A stretch of DNA of 64,000 bases, taken from the NCBI GenBank assembly GCA_965218295.1, contig CBDCKN010000017.1, forward strand, positions 32,001 through 96,000, read 5' to 3'. Below the pieces are notes generated by a model, which had not been told where the DNA came from, ran no database searches, and saw only the letters and a list, made by a program, of their open reading frames with translations. This DNA is from Longimicrobiales bacterium. GTDB taxonomy: Bacteria; Gemmatimonadota; Gemmatimonadetes; Longimicrobiales; Gaopeijiaceae. This document shows positions 59,984 through 64,000 of this stretch, one piece after another. A program made the position numbers and the translations under genes. Positions within the stretch are counted from its first letter, which is position 1; the number at the start of each line of letters is the position of its first letter.

Positions 59984-61092
59984 GCTCGCACCGTCTCCCC
60001 CAGCGCCTCCAGCACGACTTCGGCGATCCCCCTGAGGGCCTGCCCTGCAGCCGAATCGGGAGCTGAAACCACCGTCGGGATGCCCTCGTCCCCGGCCGCC
60101 CGGACCATGGGGTCCAGGGGGACCCGGCCCAGGACGGGTAGATTCATCTCTTCGGCCAGGCGCTCGCCCCCCCCGCTCCCGAAGACGTCGATCTCCTCTC
60201 CACAGTGGGGGCATACGAGTCCAACCATGTTCTCGACGATCCCCAGAATTCGCGTGTTCACGCGCTCGAACATCTTTATGCCCCTTCGGACGTCACCGGT
60301 GGACACGTCCTGTGGCGTGCTCACCATCACCACACCGGCGATGTCGATGGTCTGGACCAGCGAGAGCTGAGCGTCACCGGTTCCCGGCGGCATGTCCACG
60401 ACCATCACGTCCAAAGCCCCCCAGCTGACCTGCTCGAGGAACTGCTTGAGTATCCCGGAGACGAGGGGGCCCCGCATGATGGCTGGTTGTTCCTTCTCCA
60501 GCAGGAATCCGAGGCTCATGAGGCGCACACCGTGGGCCTCCAGAGGCTCGATCATCTCCTGACCCTTGCCTCCGGTCACCGGCGGACGGCGGTCCTCACC
60601 GAACATGAGGGGGATGTTGGGCCCGTAGATATCCGCGTCCAGAAGTCCGACGGACCGTCCCGAGGCGGCCATGGCCGCCGCCAGGTTCGTGGCCACCATG
60701 GACTTGCCCACGCCACCCTTGCCCGAGCTCACCGCGATGACGTGGGACACCTCGGAGAGGATCCCGGGCTTGGGCGTCGGCGCGGGTACCGACCCCGGCT
60801 GGAGGCCGCCAGAAGGTGGTCCTCCTCTTGGGGCCTGACCCGTGGTCTGAGGCAGTTGGACGTTGATCTTCACGCTACCGACGCTCTTCACAGCCTCCAC
60901 CGCCCCCCTTGCCTCGCGAACAAGGTCCCCGGGATCGTCACCTTGGAGGACGAAGGAAAAGCGCACGTCGCCACCGTCGGCCACCTCCACAGACTGGACG
61001 TGTCCACTCTCAATGATGTCACGGCCGGTCGTGGGATGGCGTACGCCGGCCAAGGCCTGGAGCACGGTCTTCCGGAGGTTGTCGTCGCCCAT
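59980..61092 (-). CDS. mrp: Mrp/ApbC (NBP35) Fe-S cluster carrier ATPase
   Basis: SSGKGGVGKS, DADIYGP, DMPPGTGD, VENM..CPHC. Confidence 0.95.
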   Translation of the reverse strand: MGDDNLRKTVLQALAGVRHPTTGRDIIESGHVQSVEVADGGDVRFSFVLQGDDPGDLVREARGAVEAVKSVGSVKINVQLPQTTGQAPRGGPPSGGLQPGSVPAPTPKPGILSEVSHVIAVSSGKGGVGKSMVATNLAAAMAASGRSVGLLDADIYGPNIPLMFGEDRRPPVTGGKGQEMIEPLEAHGVRLMSLGFLLEKEQPAIMRGPLVSGILKQFLEQVSWGALDVMVVDMPPGTGDAQLSLVQTIDIAGVVMVSTPQDVSTGDVRRGIKMFERVNTRILGIVENMVGLVCPHCGEEIDVFGSGGGERLAEEMNLPVLGRVPLDPMVRAAGDEGIPTVVSAPDSAAGQALRGIAEVVLEALGETVRA

Positions 61093-61151
61093 TTCCGCTC
61101 CCGAACGGTACACAGGGCATGCTCACTCATCGCCATGAGCCTCATGACCCC

Positions 61152-61186
61152 AAAAAAAGGGGCGCCCCCGGGGTCTCCGGGACGCC
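61152..61186 (-). terminator. GC hairpin plus T7 tract between nifU and mrp
   Basis: GGCGTCCCGG-AGAC-CCCGGGGGCGCC-CC-TTTTTTT on the minus strand. Confidence 0.55.
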
Positions 61187-61230
61187 GGCACGGGGTCTTG
61201 GCCAAGGCAGGCCCTGCCCGTTTCTTCGTT

Positions 61231-61467
61231 TTAGACTGCCTGGACCTCGGTCACACCCGGGACGCTGCCCTTGAGGCGACGCTCGATCCCCTCTTTCAGG
61301 GTCATCAGGGAGATGGGACAGGCCTCGCAGGCCCCCAACAGACGCAACTCCACAACACCATCCACCTCGTCGAAGCCCAGGAACTCCAGATCCCCGCCAT
61401 CCGCCCACAGTGCCGGACGGATCGACTCCAGGACTTCCTCGATTCTTGCTTCCGCCGTCTTCGGCAT
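61231..61467 (-). CDS. NifU/NfuA C-terminal-like Fe-S scaffold protein
   Basis: IRPALWADGGD, LLGACEACPIS..TLKEGIE. Confidence 0.92.
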   Translation of the reverse strand: MPKTAEARIEEVLESIRPALWADGGDLEFLGFDEVDGVVELRLLGACEACPISLMTLKEGIERRLKGSVPGVTEVQAV

Positions 61468-61505
61468 GCGATTGCGTCCCGTGCCACGCTGCCTCGAACC
61501 GAGAA

Positions 61506-61535
61506 AATCTACGAATATTTTATTGCATGAGTCAA
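61506..61535 (-). promoter_or_regulatory. Putative sigma70 promoter for nifU-mrp
   Basis: TTGACT-N18-TAGATT in an AT-rich intergenic region. Confidence 0.45.
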
Positions 61536-61659
61536 CATGACCGTTGTTATATTCCGTGAAGGTTCCGTTAAAGGGTCGAAAACGGAGATTCGTAAACATA
61601 TGTTTCCGTCGTCTGCCGGGTCCAGAGGCAGACCGCGGGGATAACTGCTGAGAGGCTGC

Positions 61660-64000
61660 ATGCACGAAGACACGACGTCCCTTGCCCCCTTCGAGTCTGA
61701 GCTGTCGGGTGCCTCGCCCCACATCTCGGACTACTGGCACGTCATCACCCGTCGCCTGTGGCTCGTGCTCCTCATTTTCGGAGTGACGACCGCTTCGGCC
61801 ATCTGGGCGGTATCCAAGCAGCGGACAATCTACGAGACGAGAGCCACCCTCCAGATCAACGATCCGCTCGAGGTGACCCGACAGCTTACGGTCCCCAGGG
61901 GGGTGTCGCGAATGAGCATCTTCGTGGATCCCATCGAGTCGGAGATTCAGGTGCTGGCCTCGGCCCAGGTGGCCCGCAGCGTGGTGCACCACGTGGGTAT
62001 GCGGCTGCGTCCCGAGAATCCGAATCTCGTACGCTCCGATCTCTTCGTGGACGCCTGGATCGACCCGGAGGCGCCCGACGGTGTCCTTGATCTCGTCTAC
62101 GACGTGGACGGCACCGAGGCGCAGATCTTCGACGGTACCGGGTACTTCGTCGCGGCCGGCCCCGTGGGCACGGAGCTCGACGGCGGTTGGCTTAGGCTGA
62201 GGACGCAGCTTCCACCCGGAGAAGCTCGCCGGTACCGCCTGGTGATCCATCCGGCATCGGGAGTCCAAGGTGAGGTTCAGGGACGAGTCGCGGCGGCAAC
62301 CCTGGAATCGACGAACATCATCCAGGTGAGCTACCGGAGTCCCGATCCCATCCTGGCACCGAAGATCTTGAACGGGGCCACGGTCGCACTACAGAGCTTC
62401 GGAGAGGCTCGAGTCCGGCAGCAGGCTGAGCGCGATCTGGCGTTCATCGAGCAGCGTCTCGACAGCGCCCTGTCTCAGCTCCAGAGCTCGTCCCGGGCGA
62501 TTCGGCGCTTCAAGGAGAGCGCCTCGTTCACCACCCTGACCATCCAGGAGCAGCAGCTCCTGAATCGCTACCAGCGCACCGACGACCGAATGCAGGAGCG
62601 GTCGCCCAGCTGGACGCCCTCCACGGGATCACGGTGAGCTTGGAGACGACCGGCCTCGGGGGCGTGGACCTCGTAGCCTTCATGGCGGTGCTGCCCGCCG
62701 GAGTGAATCCGCAGATCCGCGGCCTCGCCGACGAAGTACAGGACCGCAAGAACCTGGTCCAGACGCTTCTGACCGAGGAGCGGAAGACTGAGGATCATCC
62801 ACAGGTGAGGGCGGTGCGGGCCCAGCTCCAGGCAAAGGAGGCCGAACTCAGAACCGCAGTCGATGAGAACCTGGGCGTCCTCGACACCCAAATAGCGGAC
62901 CAGCAGGCCCAGCTCAACCAGATTCGGGCCGACCAGGCGAACTTCCCCGAGCTCGAGAACCGGCTCGAGGAGCTGAACATCCAGCTCGGACTCGACCAGG
63001 AGACCGTGCGCTTTCTCAAGTCCCAGCAGTACCAGGGGGAGATCACCGCCGCGGGTGCGTCGGCCTATGTCGCCGTCGTCGACTCGGCCGACAGCGTGAG
63101 CCCGGTGACGACTGGCGGACGGACCAATCTTCTCCTCGGCGCGCTCCTGGGGCTGATCCTCGGGGTTGGGGCGGCGTTCTTCCTCGAGTATCTCGACCGT
63201 ACGGTCCGCACCAGCGCAGACGTCGAGACACTCCTCAGTATTCCGGTCCTCGGCATCATACCGCGGCTCCGGAAGCTCAGGCCCGAGTCGGAAGAGGACG
63301 ACGGCCACGGCGCCCTTCCCCTCATGGTGGCACTGGATCCTCTCGATCCGGCCGCCGAGGCGTACCGCAACCTGCGCATGAACCTGATGTTCATGAGCAC
63401 CGACGACGAGCCCATCCGGACCCTGCTCTTCTCGAGCCCAGGCCCCAACGAAGGCAAGTCCACAACTGCGATCAACTTCGCCGTCATGCTGGCGCAACAG
63501 GGGCAGCGTGTGCTGCTCATCGACGCGGACCTGCGTCGCCCCGCTCTGCACCGGGCCATGGACGTGCTCCGGGAGCCGGGGCTAACCAACCTGATGGTGG
63601 GAGACGCGGAGTTGCGCGAGGCTGTTCGGCCCAACGTCCTCCCGAACCTGGATCTACTACCCAGCGGGCCTTTCCCGCCCAACCCATCCGAACTCCTCAA
63701 CTCCAAGACCATGCAGCGTCTTCTGGAGGAGTTCGAAGGGAAGTACAGCCACGTCATCCTGGATACGCCACCCATCCTCGCCGTCACCGACTCGGCGGTT
63801 CTGGGCGTCCACACCGATGGTGTCGTTCTCGTGCTGCGGTCTGGAGAGACTGAGCAACGGGCAGCCGAGCGGGCCGTGGATCAGCTCCGAAGGGTCGGCG
63901 TGAGGGTCTTCGGGGCGGTGCTGAACGAGGTGTCCTCCGCCACCGTGGAGGAGAGCTACTATATGCAGTATTACTACAGCTACCATCCACGCCAGGATGG
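61660..64000 (+). pseudogene. wzc: Wzc-type polysaccharide co-polymerase/tyrosine autokinase with a frameshift near 62600 (3' end off-window)
   Basis: The Wzz-like N-terminus (DYWHVITRRLWLV) stops at 62637. The -1 frame from ~62601 continues through TM2, EAYRNLRMNL, SPGPNEGKST, IDADLRRP, DTPP and the Tyr cluster SYYMQYYYSY. Confidence 0.85.

Noticed and set aside
61468..62268. 345-aa extended NifU ORF
   Set aside because: The extension is antisense to wzc and crosses the promoter region; the NifU domain starts at 61467.

Overview
GC-rich bacterial chromosome segment made mostly of core genes. Gene order and lineage-style hypothetical proteins suggest Gemmatimonadota, which is an inference. 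The minus strand carries long housekeeping runs: smc (partial), two SPOR-type membrane proteins, rsfS-rplI-DUF2232, an rpsF-rpsR fusion, hppA, pth-rplY-prs, tRNA-Gln, ispE, pdxJ, hflX, rarA, cca, alaS, recA, a ccm operon, glpK, maf, dtd, glmS, glmM, ubiE/menG and nifU-mrp. The plus strand carries a flavoprotein/TVP38-DUF547/double-glycosyltransferase operon, a metB-like gene with an M48 peptidase, purD and mutM, an ECF sigma/anti-sigma envelope operon, and a frameshifted wzc (partial). No CRISPR array, prophage or transposase is visible. The most notable observations are: (1) a family of ~190-275 bp highly structured palindromic elements with co-varying stems, a shared GACGACG/GGAGGAG core, and ends that often overlap TAG stop codons; (2) a single-ORF S6-S18 ribosomal protein fusion; (3) two paralogous 'Walker-A-less BY-kinase/MinD-like + TM + SPOR-like' proteins upstream of smc; (4) a doubly fused arsenosugar-type cassette lacking its radical SAM partner; (5) a CXXXY-type CcmE; (6) twin ECF promoters with a double-ZAS anti-sigma; and (7) several pseudogenes plus substitutions in conserved motifs, suggesting drift or sequence error.
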